64,000 bases of DNA. It comes from Nitrosopumilus sp. Lineage in GTDB: Archaea; Thermoproteota; Nitrososphaeria; Nitrososphaerales; Nitrosopumilaceae. Positions 48,170-57,970 of the stretch are shown in pieces. Every line of letters begins with the position of its first letter. Position 1 is the stretch's first letter. The notes beneath the pieces are model-generated. The model was given only the letters and a program-made list of their open reading frames with translations. It was not told the DNA's origin and made no database searches. A program made the position numbers and the translations under genes. The stretch covers positions 896,001 to 960,000 of the forward strand of contig OZ242220.1 in NCBI GenBank assembly GCA_965206745.1, in the 5' to 3' direction.

Positions 48170-49870
48170 TCATGTTCTCTCTACTGCACTGTAGGTGTCC
48201 TTGTCTGTATCCCACGTAATTCGAATTTCAGAATCCTGCTCATATATTGATAACAGTATTTCTAAATCTTCTTTTAGTGCATTGTCTATAATTTCCAATA
48301 TTCGGAATTTCTCTTTGATCGAGGTTTTCTCTACAGCCGAATAATTTTCACGGACGTTTGTCATTTGTGTAGTAAAGCTCTCCCTGGATATCTCGCCTCT
48401 GTTGATTTTGTCTGAAAGAATTTTTTCTTCGCCATGTTGCTTTCCTTTCATTTCAATGAATATCAAAGCATATTTCTTTTCAATATCCTCTCTTTGAAGG
48501 TCATAGTTATCATGAATTTTTTTGATTTTTAGATCAAATCCGGATATTTTTTTTGCAATTCTGTCCTGATTCAATCGTATTTCTGTTAATTCATCTGGAA
48601 TGACCTGTATTTCTTTGCGTACTGGACTTCCCATCTCATACTTTATCCATATTTCTGCGGTGTACTCTGTTACACAAACATAGTCCTTTGCCTGATGTCT
48701 ATAAATCAAAATATAATTATCCCTACACTCAGTCTCAGAATCTGATTCACTTAATTCCTCCCATGATGATGTATCGTTTGGATTAGATGCCAGATAACCT
48801 GGATTTGTCCTGTAATCCAAGTAATACTGTCGTAATTGCTCTCCAGATATACCTAAATTGAATTTTCCATCTTCATCAAATAATACCTGTTGATTATAGT
48901 ATGCATCTCCCTTTAAAATATTATACAGTGCATTAACTGACACCATTTCAACTCGGGTAATTTTTGCTGCATCGGCAAAAGCATCCCTTGCTTCTATTGG
49001 TCCTCCGCCATTTTGAAGTACTTTTTTCATTGCACTATGACCTGCTTTAACTTTAGATGCTGTAAATTTTAGAGGATTATCATAGATGCTATTTGAAAAT
49101 TGTGCAGGATCACCTTCGAGTGTTCGTTCCAACAGTTTTTCAAATGAATGATATTCCCATTTTGCTTCCCATTTTTTCAAATCATTATCCAAATATGCTA
49201 AAATTGACTCCTTTTTTTCTTCGAGTTCTCTTTGCTTTTCTGTTGCTTTAAATTCTTTATTTTGTAATTTATCAATCCATCTCTTACTTTTTTCAATTTT
49301 ATTTAAAATATCTTGAGCCACCGGATCATTTGCCAAATCTCCACCCAGTACCGTTCGTTGATTGGTTATCTGCTCATCTATTTGCTCATCTACCTGTTTT
49401 TTGACCTGTTTGTCTACTCCAAATTCTTTCTTTTGCAGTTTATCAACATCCCTCTTACTTTTTTCAATTTTATTTAAAATATCTTGAGCCACCGGATCAT
49501 TTGCCAAATCTCCACCCAGTACCGTTCGTTGATTGTCTACCTGTTTCTCTATCCCTCCAAATTTTTTCTTTTCTAGTCCATCAATCCACTTCTCAGTTTC
49601 ATCAATCCACTTCTCAGTTTCACCTCTCTCATCTAAAATATCTCCACCCAGCACAGTTCGTTGATTGTCTATTGTTCCAAATTCTTTCTTTTGCAGTTTA
49701 TCAACATCTCTCTTACTTTTTTCAATTTTATTTAAAATATCTTGAGCCACCGGATCATTTGCCAAATCTCCACCCAGTACCGTTCGTTGATTGTCTATTT
49801 GAGCATGGGCAATATTGATGGAGATCATCAAAGCAATAACAGTTAAAATTACAAAACCTGCGACTTTCAT
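48170..49870 (-). CDS. Secreted hypothetical protein with internally triplicated N-terminal segment
   Basis: Signal peptide, then NQRTVLGGDLANDPVAQDILNKIEKSKR x3 plus a partial copy. Confidence 0.75.
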   Translation of the reverse strand: MKVAGFVILTVIALMISINIAHAQIDNQRTVLGGDLANDPVAQDILNKIEKSKRDVDKLQKKEFGTIDNQRTVLGGDILDERGETEKWIDETEKWIDGLEKKKFGGIEKQVDNQRTVLGGDLANDPVAQDILNKIEKSKRDVDKLQKKEFGVDKQVKKQVDEQIDEQITNQRTVLGGDLANDPVAQDILNKIEKSKRWIDKLQNKEFKATEKQRELEEKKESILAYLDNDLKKWEAKWEYHSFEKLLERTLEGDPAQFSNSIYDNPLKFTASKVKAGHSAMKKVLQNGGGPIEARDAFADAAKITRVEMVSVNALYNILKGDAYYNQQVLFDEDGKFNLGISGEQLRQYYLDYRTNPGYLASNPNDTSSWEELSESDSETECRDNYILIYRHQAKDYVCVTEYTAEIWIKYEMGSPVRKEIQVIPDELTEIRLNQDRIAKKISGFDLKIKKIHDNYDLQREDIEKKYALIFIEMKGKQHGEEKILSDKINRGEISRESFTTQMTNVRENYSAVEKTSIKEKFRILEIIDNALKEDLEILLSIYEQDSEIRITWDTDKDTYSAVERT

Positions 49871-50084
49871 ATTTCAAAAATTGTTTTTTTGTATTTAGCG
49901 TGTGCTGATGATTCATTAGTAAAAATAGGGATTTTATGACTAAATGGATAACTGATCGGTATCTTTTGAAATGTGTTGTAGGTGATCGATCAACTTTGAT
50001 TAAAAGAATTCGGTTTGTGGTGTAATGTTTTTGTTAATTCTGCTTTAGCAAGATTCTATTAAACTATGAATTAGATCCCTTGTC

Positions 50085-50426
50085 ATGGTGAAATCCAAAA
50101 TAGAATTACCAATTTCCCAAATGCCCACAGATGCTGAATTAAAGAAACTAAAGGATTACTTTAAAGACATGCCTGTGACTGAAATCCTTAGTGGACTAAA
50201 ATTTGCCAAGAATAGGTGGTCTGCAAAAGATGCCGGCACTCTAAAAGTAGGAAGGAAAAGTATTATCCAAAAGGAAGTCCACTCAGTCACTACAGAACAA
50301 GCCCAATGGAGGCTGAAAAATTGGAAGATGATGATTGCAAATTACCGTAGGCGTGGATACAGTTATCCTACTATTTCTCGAATAAAGAAAATTTTGGTTC
50401 AAAAAAGCAAAAAAAGATCAAAGTAA
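50085..50426 (+). CDS. Basic hypothetical protein
   Basis: 113 aa ending RRRGYSYPTISRIKK (HTH-like). Confidence 0.65.
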   Translation: MVKSKIELPISQMPTDAELKKLKDYFKDMPVTEILSGLKFAKNRWSAKDAGTLKVGRKSIIQKEVHSVTTEQAQWRLKNWKMMIANYRRRGYSYPTISRIKKILVQKSKKRSK

Positions 50427-50461
50427 TTCTCTAAAAATTTATTCTAAAAAACAGGAATAGG

Positions 50462-51544
50462 TTATCGAGCCCAACCACGTTCTATTAGTTTTTGAACGCT
50501 GGATGCTTTAACACAAGCTGGCTCACCGGATATTTTGAAAATTAACTCCCTTGCTGCTTTACAATGAATATTTTCAGGTTCAACCCCTTCTTGGATTTGT
50601 TTTAATGGTGATAATAGTGTCTTGTCCATTTTTTCTCCATCGACCATTACTGCATCATCTCCATCGACCATTACTGCATCATCTCCATCGACCATTACTG
50701 CATCATCTCCATCGACCATTACTGCATCATCTCCATCGACCATTACTGCATCATCTCCATCGACCATTACTGCATCATCTCCATCGACCATTACTGCATC
50801 CATACTATCTGATGTGTCATTTCCAAAAACTTCATTCATGTGTTTTGATTCAACTCCACTGACAATTTCAAATTCTATTATTGCCTCATTTACCATCATT
50901 GCCACTTGTTCTGGGGTCTCTTTTTGATCATATGCTTTCAAAATTTGCACATATGCATCACTGATTTTTTCTGAATCCTCAACATCTGCTTTTATCTCTT
51001 CGAAGATCTGCTGTGATCTCCAAATGAATGCTGAACCATCTTGAAATTCTGCCATCTCTACAATCAAACCTCCCTCAACTGCTTCTTTGTATTCCACTTT
51101 GGATGTTTCAAGCAAATCGTTGATTAATTGTGCTTTAAATGCTGAATCATTACTTAATTCATTTCCAACCACAATCTCTCTTGCTTGTTCAATAATTTCT
51201 TTGGCCTTGTCAATTGCTAACTGGGCCTCTTCTCTACCGACCTCTGTATTTGCCATGTTTTTTAATTCCAATAATGTTTTCTTTAGTTCTTCATTAAATT
51301 CTGGGTTGTCATCTAAATGCATACTCATTGTTTCATACAATTCTGATATTGGATGAGTTGAATGTATCAGTGCCAGTTCTGAATTGCCTTCATCCAGATT
51401 CTTCTCTAATGCCTGAAAATGCCCTAGTGTCTCCTCAAGAGCCCCTGCAAATTCTAATTTTGCATCCATTTGACTATCTGCAAAAGACAATGGTGCAGAT
51501 GCCAGAATAATTGCAGATAAAATTCCTAATACTATCGTTTTCAT
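50462..51544 (-). CDS. Secreted acidic helical protein (possibly metal-binding) with Met-rich repeat linker and C-terminal Cys module
   Basis: Signal peptide, HSTHPISE and EFQDG motifs, (DDAVMVDG)7, then SPLKQ..G..IHC..PACV..RGW. Confidence 0.75.
   Translation of the reverse strand: MKTIVLGILSAIILASAPLSFADSQMDAKLEFAGALEETLGHFQALEKNLDEGNSELALIHSTHPISELYETMSMHLDDNPEFNEELKKTLLELKNMANTEVGREEAQLAIDKAKEIIEQAREIVVGNELSNDSAFKAQLINDLLETSKVEYKEAVEGGLIVEMAEFQDGSAFIWRSQQIFEEIKADVEDSEKISDAYVQILKAYDQKETPEQVAMMVNEAIIEFEIVSGVESKHMNEVFGNDTSDSMDAVMVDGDDAVMVDGDDAVMVDGDDAVMVDGDDAVMVDGDDAVMVDGDDAVMVDGEKMDKTLLSPLKQIQEGVEPENIHCKAARELIFKISGEPACVKASSVQKLIERGWAR
50634..50800 (-). repeat. Coding tandem repeat, 24 bp x7 (DDAVMVDG)
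   Basis: TCTCCATCGACCATTACTGCATCA units with identical sequence. Confidence 0.95.
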
Positions 51545-51634
51545 TCAACTTGATCTGATTTATCCAGTATAAATTATTTCGCTATTATTTCTGATTCTTG
51601 TTCCATAGATGGAGAATCAGGTTTTAAGATATTC

Positions 51635-52285
51635 CTAAATGAAGATGTCTGCTTTTCTCTCAACCTTTTGTTGTTTAAGCGAGTCTGGCACGTCGGGAAT
51701 GGAGGATTTTGTCTGTCCAGCAATCACACTGTGAGCTTCTTCTAGTATTGCCAGCGTGTCTGCATTTGCTTCAGGTGCAATGCTCACACTATCCCCGATG
51801 CCTACTGATGATCCAGACATTACGTCTCCTAGTATCTCTGAGAGGTCCTGCATTGAAGCAGTTGCCTCTGGCATAAGTCCAGTCAGTGATGGGCTTAACC
51901 CTTTGATGATTGCCATGCATGGACTTAGCGTTACCACTACATCTCCCAACTCGGAGACTGTGTCTAGTCTAAGTTTGACTTGTTCCATGGACAGCTTTGC
52001 CCCGCCAACCATGTTTTTCATCTTTCTAACCTGAGTCAACTCTCCGGCGTATGCGTGAGCATAACTAGGCTTGTTATTTCTTTGGGCATTGACTATTTTT
52101 TCAAATATAACATCGTGTTTTTTCTGTAATTTTTCATTAATCTGCTCTAATTTTGAGATTTGAAACTGTAATTTTTTTTGTGCAAAATCAATCTTGTTTT
52201 TTAATGGCTCTTCTGGCTTTACCCTGCCAATTACTCTCTGGGATATGCTCTCCCCTGCTGTTTTATCCCAAGAATTACTGATCAT
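51635..52285 (-). CDS. cdvB: CdvB / ESCRT-III (Snf7) family protein
   Basis: Helical protein with AYAGELTQVRK, LSMEQVKLRLDTVSELGD and ILEEA motifs. Confidence 0.85.
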   Translation of the reverse strand: MISNSWDKTAGESISQRVIGRVKPEEPLKNKIDFAQKKLQFQISKLEQINEKLQKKHDVIFEKIVNAQRNNKPSYAHAYAGELTQVRKMKNMVGGAKLSMEQVKLRLDTVSELGDVVVTLSPCMAIIKGLSPSLTGLMPEATASMQDLSEILGDVMSGSSVGIGDSVSIAPEANADTLAILEEAHSVIAGQTKSSIPDVPDSLKQQKVERKADIFI

Positions 52286-52376
52286 ATCTTATTCCCTAAA
52301 TAACGTTGATTTTTTTGTTTTAAACAGAGTTGTCACCTCAGGTCATGTCACTGGAGTTACACTATGAGCAGTTACA

Positions 52377-53489
52377 CTATCCAAAGGTAAATGTGAATAT
52401 TTGAAACCCTTGTCCCTTGACATTGATTTCAATCAAGTGGGTCGAACTAGCCTCATCGGTGATGATGTTGTATAATCCTGCCCCAGTAACTTGCAGTATG
52501 TTGCCATCTTTGATGTCTGTTCCAGAGTATTTTGATGGCAGTGGTTCACCGTCAAGAAATATCTCCAACTCTGCATCATTTTCAGTTACAATGTTGACTT
52601 CTTTGGCATTGTATAGTAGTTTGATGGTACCAGTTTCAGAAACCAATTCCATACTGTCTCCATAATTACCCCATTTTCCTACTGGGTAGAATTTGTGCAA
52701 GTCAATTTTTTCTGGTTCTTGATATTCTACGATTTCTCCTGGCTGAAATCCCTCCTCACTTCCTAACTGATTTCTATTCTGTGCAAATGTGTAACCAAAA
52801 TATAATTCAGGGGTCCTAAACGCCGAATGTTGGAACTCCTCGATATCCACAAGCGACGATGCTGATGCCATTGGCATTCCAAAGTCTGCTGATCTTTCTT
52901 CTAATAGTTTTTGAATTACTATCTCTGTTTCCTGATATCCGCCTTCGCCGATGTGGTCATACCTGATATATCCTTCGTGGTCTGCAATGTATTTTCTTGG
53001 CCAATACCTATTTTCAAAAGCTTTCCAGGTTTCCATGTCGTTATCCATGACGACTGGATAGTTAATTCCGTGTTTTTCAATTGCCATCTTTACATTTTCT
53101 GGATCTTTTTCAAACTCGAACTCTGGTGAGTGAACTCCGAGAATCAATAATCCTTGATCAGAATATTTGTCATCCCATGCGGTTATGTATGGCAATGTCC
53201 TGATACAGTTGATGCAACTATACGTCCAAATGTCGTATAGAATCACTTTGCCCTCCATTGCCTCACTTAGTTCCTCAGGTGTGGTGTTTAGGTAATTTGC
53301 GATTCCTACAATGTTGGGTGCCTTTTTAAATCCTGATTTATCTATCTTTGAGACTGAATCATCCCCTGTAAATGTGGTTGTTGATTGCGCCCCTTGATCT
53401 AATGTCATAAATACGATTCCCAACGCTGCTATCCCTACAACAATCACCGCACCTAAAATTATACCTGTCTTGATATCTGAGTTCATCAT
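52377..53489 (-). CDS. Membrane-anchored redoxin (TlpA/DipZ C-terminal-like)
   Basis: WTYSCINC, GVHSPEFEFE and TPELYFG motifs; C-terminal FTFG. Confidence 0.9.
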   Translation of the reverse strand: MMNSDIKTGIILGAVIVVGIAALGIVFMTLDQGAQSTTTFTGDDSVSKIDKSGFKKAPNIVGIANYLNTTPEELSEAMEGKVILYDIWTYSCINCIRTLPYITAWDDKYSDQGLLILGVHSPEFEFEKDPENVKMAIEKHGINYPVVMDNDMETWKAFENRYWPRKYIADHEGYIRYDHIGEGGYQETEIVIQKLLEERSADFGMPMASASSLVDIEEFQHSAFRTPELYFGYTFAQNRNQLGSEEGFQPGEIVEYQEPEKIDLHKFYPVGKWGNYGDSMELVSETGTIKLLYNAKEVNIVTENDAELEIFLDGEPLPSKYSGTDIKDGNILQVTGAGLYNIITDEASSTHLIEINVKGQGFQIFTFTFG

Positions 53490-53490
53490 A

Positions 53491-54222
53491 TCACCCTAGT
53501 AGCACCAATTCGTTAAGAAGTGGGAAATTTGCAATGTATGCAAGTTGGTTGGTAAACACCAATACTCCTAAAATAATTATGAATGCTCCTAATATTATGT
53601 TGTAATACTTTAGATGCTTTGTCATAGAACGGATTATCCTTGTGGCCCTTGAGAAAAATACACCCATGAGGATAAATGGAATTCCTAAACCAAATGAATA
53701 TGCCAGTAGCAAACTAAACGATATTGATGGTGTGGTGGCAGCTAAAGTGAGAATTGTCCCAAGTATCGGACCCACGCAAGGGGTCCATCCTGCAGCAAAT
53801 GCTAAACCAAATACAAATGACATTGGATAACTTGACTTTGAATTTTTAGGAAAGAATTTTTTTTCCACATTTAATGAGCGAATCTTTGTAGACAGTAATA
53901 GAAATATTCCAAAGGCAACTATGATGACTCCCCCTATCATGTTTAGACTGTTTGTTAAATCACTTGCCGCCCCTGAGAGAACACTATTTATCAGAACCCC
54001 CAACGTGGAAAACACCACTGAGAACCCTAAAACAAAAAATACTGTGTTTAGTACAATGTTTACTCTGTTAACGGAAAGGACTGTCCCATCTTTAGAGCCT
54101 AGATCAGTTACAGTCGTTCCTGATATGTATGCTAGAAATGCAGGGATCATTGGCAAAATGCATGGAGCAACAAATGAGCCTAATCCTGCAAGTAAAGCAA
54201 CAAGAATAGTCGGATCTGCCAA
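53491..54222 (-). CDS. ccdA: CcdA/DsbD-beta cytochrome c biogenesis-type disulfide transporter
   Basis: APCILPMIP and WTPCVGPIL motifs. Confidence 0.92.
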   Translation of the reverse strand: MADPTILVALLAGLGSFVAPCILPMIPAFLAYISGTTVTDLGSKDGTVLSVNRVNIVLNTVFFVLGFSVVFSTLGVLINSVLSGAASDLTNSLNMIGGVIIVAFGIFLLLSTKIRSLNVEKKFFPKNSKSSYPMSFVFGLAFAAGWTPCVGPILGTILTLAATTPSISFSLLLAYSFGLGIPFILMGVFFSRATRIIRSMTKHLKYYNIILGAFIIILGVLVFTNQLAYIANFPLLNELVLLG

Positions 54223-54306
54223 TGATTAAACTTGGAATTTTTCCTTTAAAGCCTTCTTCCAATTCTAACCCCATTCCTTTTTAACTGGGAAATCACCAAT
54301 TACACC

Positions 54307-54411
54307 ATGAACAATCGATTTATTATTGTCGGAGTAGCTTTGGGAATCATGGTTGCGCTTGCAGTAGTTATTGGATCGCCTGCAATTGGTGGCTTTGACG
54401 CTATGCGCTAA
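54307..54411 (+). CDS. Unannotated 34-aa single-TM peptide
   Basis: MNNRFIIVGVALGIMVALAVVIGSPAIGGFDAMR, with an AT-rich TATA-like element upstream. Confidence 0.5.
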   Translation: MNNRFIIVGVALGIMVALAVVIGSPAIGGFDAMR

Positions 54412-55540
54412 TCAGAAATTTTTTGCGTGCCTTTTCAAAGACATTTAGTGCTTTTTCTATCTCTGATTTTGACAGCCAGGCCGTGACTGAAATCCTTAAT
54501 CTGGCCTGATTTTCTGGAACCGTAGGATAGCGGATCGGCTGTGCAAATATTCCATTTTTGAACAAAAATTCCCCAAACTCCATGGCCTTTTTTTCATCCC
54601 CCACGATTACTGGGATGATTTGGGACATGGAATTAATTTCATAGCCTAGTTGTTTTAGGCCCTTTGCAAGATGCCTTGTATTTTTTACAAGTTTTATTCT
54701 CTGTTTTTCCCTATCTGATTGAAATCTTTTCTGTGAATATTCGATCAGAAAAGATGGCAATGCCGAAGTGTATATGAATGATTTTGATCTGTTGATACAC
54801 AGATCAATTACGTTGTTGTGCGATGAAACATACCCTCCAAATGATCCAAGACCTTTGCTCAAACTGCTGATATACAGGTCAACTTTCCTTGCAACATGCA
54901 GATAATCCGGAGTTCCTTTTCCGTCTTTGCCCATTACAAAATCCCCGTGCGCATCATCTACTATTGTGATTGCGTCTGATTTATTTGAGATTTCGGAGAT
55001 TTGTTTTAGTGGTGATAAATCCCCGTCCATGCTGAAGATGCCTTCGGTGATTATGAATTTGTTTTTTCCAGGCTGTTTTATTTTTTTGCTCAAATCTTGC
55101 ATGTCGTTGTGTCTGTAAACTGAAACTTTGGCATCTGTTAGTTTGCATGATTCAATTATGCTTGCATGGTTTAACTCATCACTGAGAACCAAATCTCCTT
55201 TTTTAACAACAGCTGAAATTGCCCCAAGATTTGCCATATATCCTGTGGGGTAAATCAAACTGCCCTGATGAGATTTGTGTCTTGCCAGCGTCTCTTCTAA
55301 TTTTTTATAAGATTCATCATTTCCGGAGACTAGGCGTGAACTTGATTGTAACTGTTTGGTCTGAATTTTGGTAGCTGGAATGCCCAAATAATCATTTGAA
55401 CACAGATTGACAAGTTTTTTGTTATTGATTGTAATCATTGAGCCTTTTGCCGTCCCATATCGCAGTTTTCTATAAAGGTTGTTTTGCTTTAGATCTGCTA
55501 ATTCCGAATCCACGAAATTCAGTTTATGTCTTGAGGCCAA
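54401..55540 (-). CDS. bioF: 8-amino-7-oxononanoate synthase
   Basis: NLCSNDYLG, SDELNHASII, VDDAHG and SLSKGLG motifs; biotin-cluster context. Confidence 0.92.
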   Translation of the reverse strand: MASRHKLNFVDSELADLKQNNLYRKLRYGTAKGSMITINNKKLVNLCSNDYLGIPATKIQTKQLQSSSRLVSGNDESYKKLEETLARHKSHQGSLIYPTGYMANLGAISAVVKKGDLVLSDELNHASIIESCKLTDAKVSVYRHNDMQDLSKKIKQPGKNKFIITEGIFSMDGDLSPLKQISEISNKSDAITIVDDAHGDFVMGKDGKGTPDYLHVARKVDLYISSLSKGLGSFGGYVSSHNNVIDLCINRSKSFIYTSALPSFLIEYSQKRFQSDREKQRIKLVKNTRHLAKGLKQLGYEINSMSQIIPVIVGDEKKAMEFGEFLFKNGIFAQPIRYPTVPENQARLRISVTAWLSKSEIEKALNVFEKARKKFLISA

Positions 55541-56504
55541 TTCTCTCTATTATCTCACGATCTTTACTGGCTTCATTTCCGCCCATGGTAAGATATCCTT
55601 CTGTAATTATGCCGTTTGCCCCGCTTTGTAGCAGTTCCTCTCCCGAATCAGACAACTTTGATTCCCGTCCTCCTGAAATTTTGATCACCGCCTCTGGCAA
55701 TATGAATCTGATAACAGAAAACATTCTGAGAATTTCTGAGTTTGGAATCTCTGTTTGTAATTCCAACGGGGTTCCGGGCATCGGAACAAGGATGTTTATT
55801 GTGACTTCCTCTGGAAATAGTCTTCCTAGTTCGAGTACAAGTTCCAATCTTTGCTCCCTTGTCTCCCCCAGCCCTATGATTCCGCCGGTGCACAGCTCAA
55901 GCCCTGCATCCCTGGCAATTGCCAAAGTTTTTAGCCGGTCTTCATATGTGTGGGTGGTACATATCTCTGGGAACTTTGATCTTGCAGTTTCTAAATTGTG
56001 ATTGTATCTTTTTACTTTGAGCTCTTTTAATTTTCTAGCCTGTCCTGATGTGAGAAAACCCAGACTGCATTCTATGCTGATTCCGACCTTATCGTTGACT
56101 TTGGAAATAATGCTGCAGACTTTTTCAAAGTCTTTGGATGATGGTTCTCTCCATGCAGCTACAAGGCAGTATGATTCTGCACCGTCATTTTTTGCTTTTT
56201 GCGCTTTAATGACAACATCTTCAGGCGATGGTAACTGGTACGTCTCTATCCCCGTATCAAAAAATGCAGACTGTCCACAAAATGTGCAGTCCTCACTGCA
56301 TGCATTCTTTTTGATATTGTTTAGTTGCTCAACATCCACTTTTTTCCCGTTAAAGTCATGCGTTATCTCATTTGCGCATCTTGCTAAATCATTTAGATGT
56401 TCTTCTGGAACATTAAACAATCCCTTGATCTCCTCAGATGAGATGCCTATTCCTGAAAATACTTTTTCTTGGCACCCTTTAATGAATTCCAGAGTATTCA
56501 TCAT
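55524..56504 (-). CDS. bioB: Biotin synthase
   Basis: CSEDCTFC radical-SAM motif, YNHNLET and CTGGIIGLGE. Confidence 0.95.
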   Translation of the reverse strand: MMNTLEFIKGCQEKVFSGIGISSEEIKGLFNVPEEHLNDLARCANEITHDFNGKKVDVEQLNNIKKNACSEDCTFCGQSAFFDTGIETYQLPSPEDVVIKAQKAKNDGAESYCLVAAWREPSSKDFEKVCSIISKVNDKVGISIECSLGFLTSGQARKLKELKVKRYNHNLETARSKFPEICTTHTYEDRLKTLAIARDAGLELCTGGIIGLGETREQRLELVLELGRLFPEEVTINILVPMPGTPLELQTEIPNSEILRMFSVIRFILPEAVIKISGGRESKLSDSGEELLQSGANGIITEGYLTMGGNEASKDREIIERIGLKT

Positions 56505-56573
56505 TTTGTTTGAAAATATTCCATTTATAACAATAATGGAAAGGTTAACCTCCTCATACATGAGGGTTAACAG

Positions 56574-57896
56574 TCAGATGACCTTGGGCGTGGCATCTTC
56601 AATTGTAGTGATTGTCCTGTTAATGAGTAACTCCAACTCCTTTTCAGATATTGCCAAGGGTGGCACAATCATGACTATGTTTCCCAGCGTTCTAAGGTAA
56701 ATTCCGTTCTTTTTCCCCTCCTCAAAAAATATCTTGTTTATTGATTTTTTGGGTGAAATTGGAATCTTTCTATGTTTGTCCTGAACCAGCTCAATTCCCA
56801 TGAGCATTCCTTTGTGCCTTATGTCCCCGACGATCTCCAACTTTGATATTTTGTCATAGAATTTTTCAAAAACTTTGGATGTCTTTTGGATTCTTTTGAT
56901 CAGGTTGTTCTTCTCATACATCTTGAGATTCTCATATGCAACAGATGCCGCAATCGGATTTCCTGTATACGTATGCCCGTGAAAGAGATGCCTCCACTCA
57001 TTGAATTCCCCCAAGAACGAATCGTAGATTTTTTTATTTGCAAGTGTTGCTGCCATGGTTATGTATCCGCCTGTTAGCATTTTTCCGTACGCTACAATGT
57101 CTGGCTTGCTTTGCTGTTCCTCATACTGCAGCATTGGACCCAGTCTTCCAAAACCTGTGGCTATCTCATCTAGTACCAACAAAACATTGTATTTTTTACA
57201 CAGATGACTTATCTTTTTCTGAAATCCTTTCGGATAAACTATTACGCCTCCTGCTACCTGTGCCCCGCTCTCCATTACAAAAGCCGCAATGTCATCCTTT
57301 TTTGCAAATCGCCTCTCAATTTTATCCAAGCAATGCTTTTGATAACCTGCAAAGGTGTATCCTTTTGGTATTCTGTATCTGTTTGGTACTGGAAACTGGA
57401 TTGTTGAAAACAACTGTTCTCTGAACTTGCCAAAAAATTCTGGAACATATCCGACAGACATTGCCCCAAACGTGTCCCCGTGATAGCCGTTTTCCAGAGT
57501 TGCGATCTTTGTTTTCTTTGTGTTTCTGATATTTTTCCAATACTGCAGTGCAAGCTTTAATGCAATTTCCATGGCAGAAGAACCATTATCCGAATAAAAC
57601 ACCCTGTGCATCCCTGGAGATATTTTTACTAGGGTCTTGGCCAATTTTTCAGCCGGCTCATTTGTTAAATTGAACATGGATGAATGTTGCAATCTCTTGC
57701 TCTGACTAGTCATGGCTCTGATTAGCTGTGGATTTGAGTGACCCCACACATTACACCACATTGAGGCTACGGCATCAATCATTTTGTTGCCCTTTGAATC
57801 AACAAGCCATACCCCCCTTGCGTTGGCAATCTGTGTAAATTCTCCCCACTCTTTCATCTGGGTGTTTGGGTGCCACACAAAACTATGGTTTTTCAA
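56574..57896 (-). CDS. bioA: Adenosylmethionine-8-amino-7-oxononanoate aminotransferase
   Basis: VWHPNTQM, SDNGSSAMEIALK, DEIATGFGR and HGHTYTGN motifs. Confidence 0.95.
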   Translation of the reverse strand: MKNHSFVWHPNTQMKEWGEFTQIANARGVWLVDSKGNKMIDAVASMWCNVWGHSNPQLIRAMTSQSKRLQHSSMFNLTNEPAEKLAKTLVKISPGMHRVFYSDNGSSAMEIALKLALQYWKNIRNTKKTKIATLENGYHGDTFGAMSVGYVPEFFGKFREQLFSTIQFPVPNRYRIPKGYTFAGYQKHCLDKIERRFAKKDDIAAFVMESGAQVAGGVIVYPKGFQKKISHLCKKYNVLLVLDEIATGFGRLGPMLQYEEQQSKPDIVAYGKMLTGGYITMAATLANKKIYDSFLGEFNEWRHLFHGHTYTGNPIAASVAYENLKMYEKNNLIKRIQKTSKVFEKFYDKISKLEIVGDIRHKGMLMGIELVQDKHRKIPISPKKSINKIFFEEGKKNGIYLRTLGNIVMIVPPLAISEKELELLINRTITTIEDATPKVI

Positions 57897-57970
57897 GTAG
57901 TGTTAGTAGTACTATTGTTCATAAAAATCGAGCGACAAGATTAATCAATGATAAATTAGGATGTTTTTCA

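Noticed and set aside
55438-56700. Long + strand ORFs (187 and 232 aa)
   Set aside because: Antisense to the well-supported bioB and bioA.
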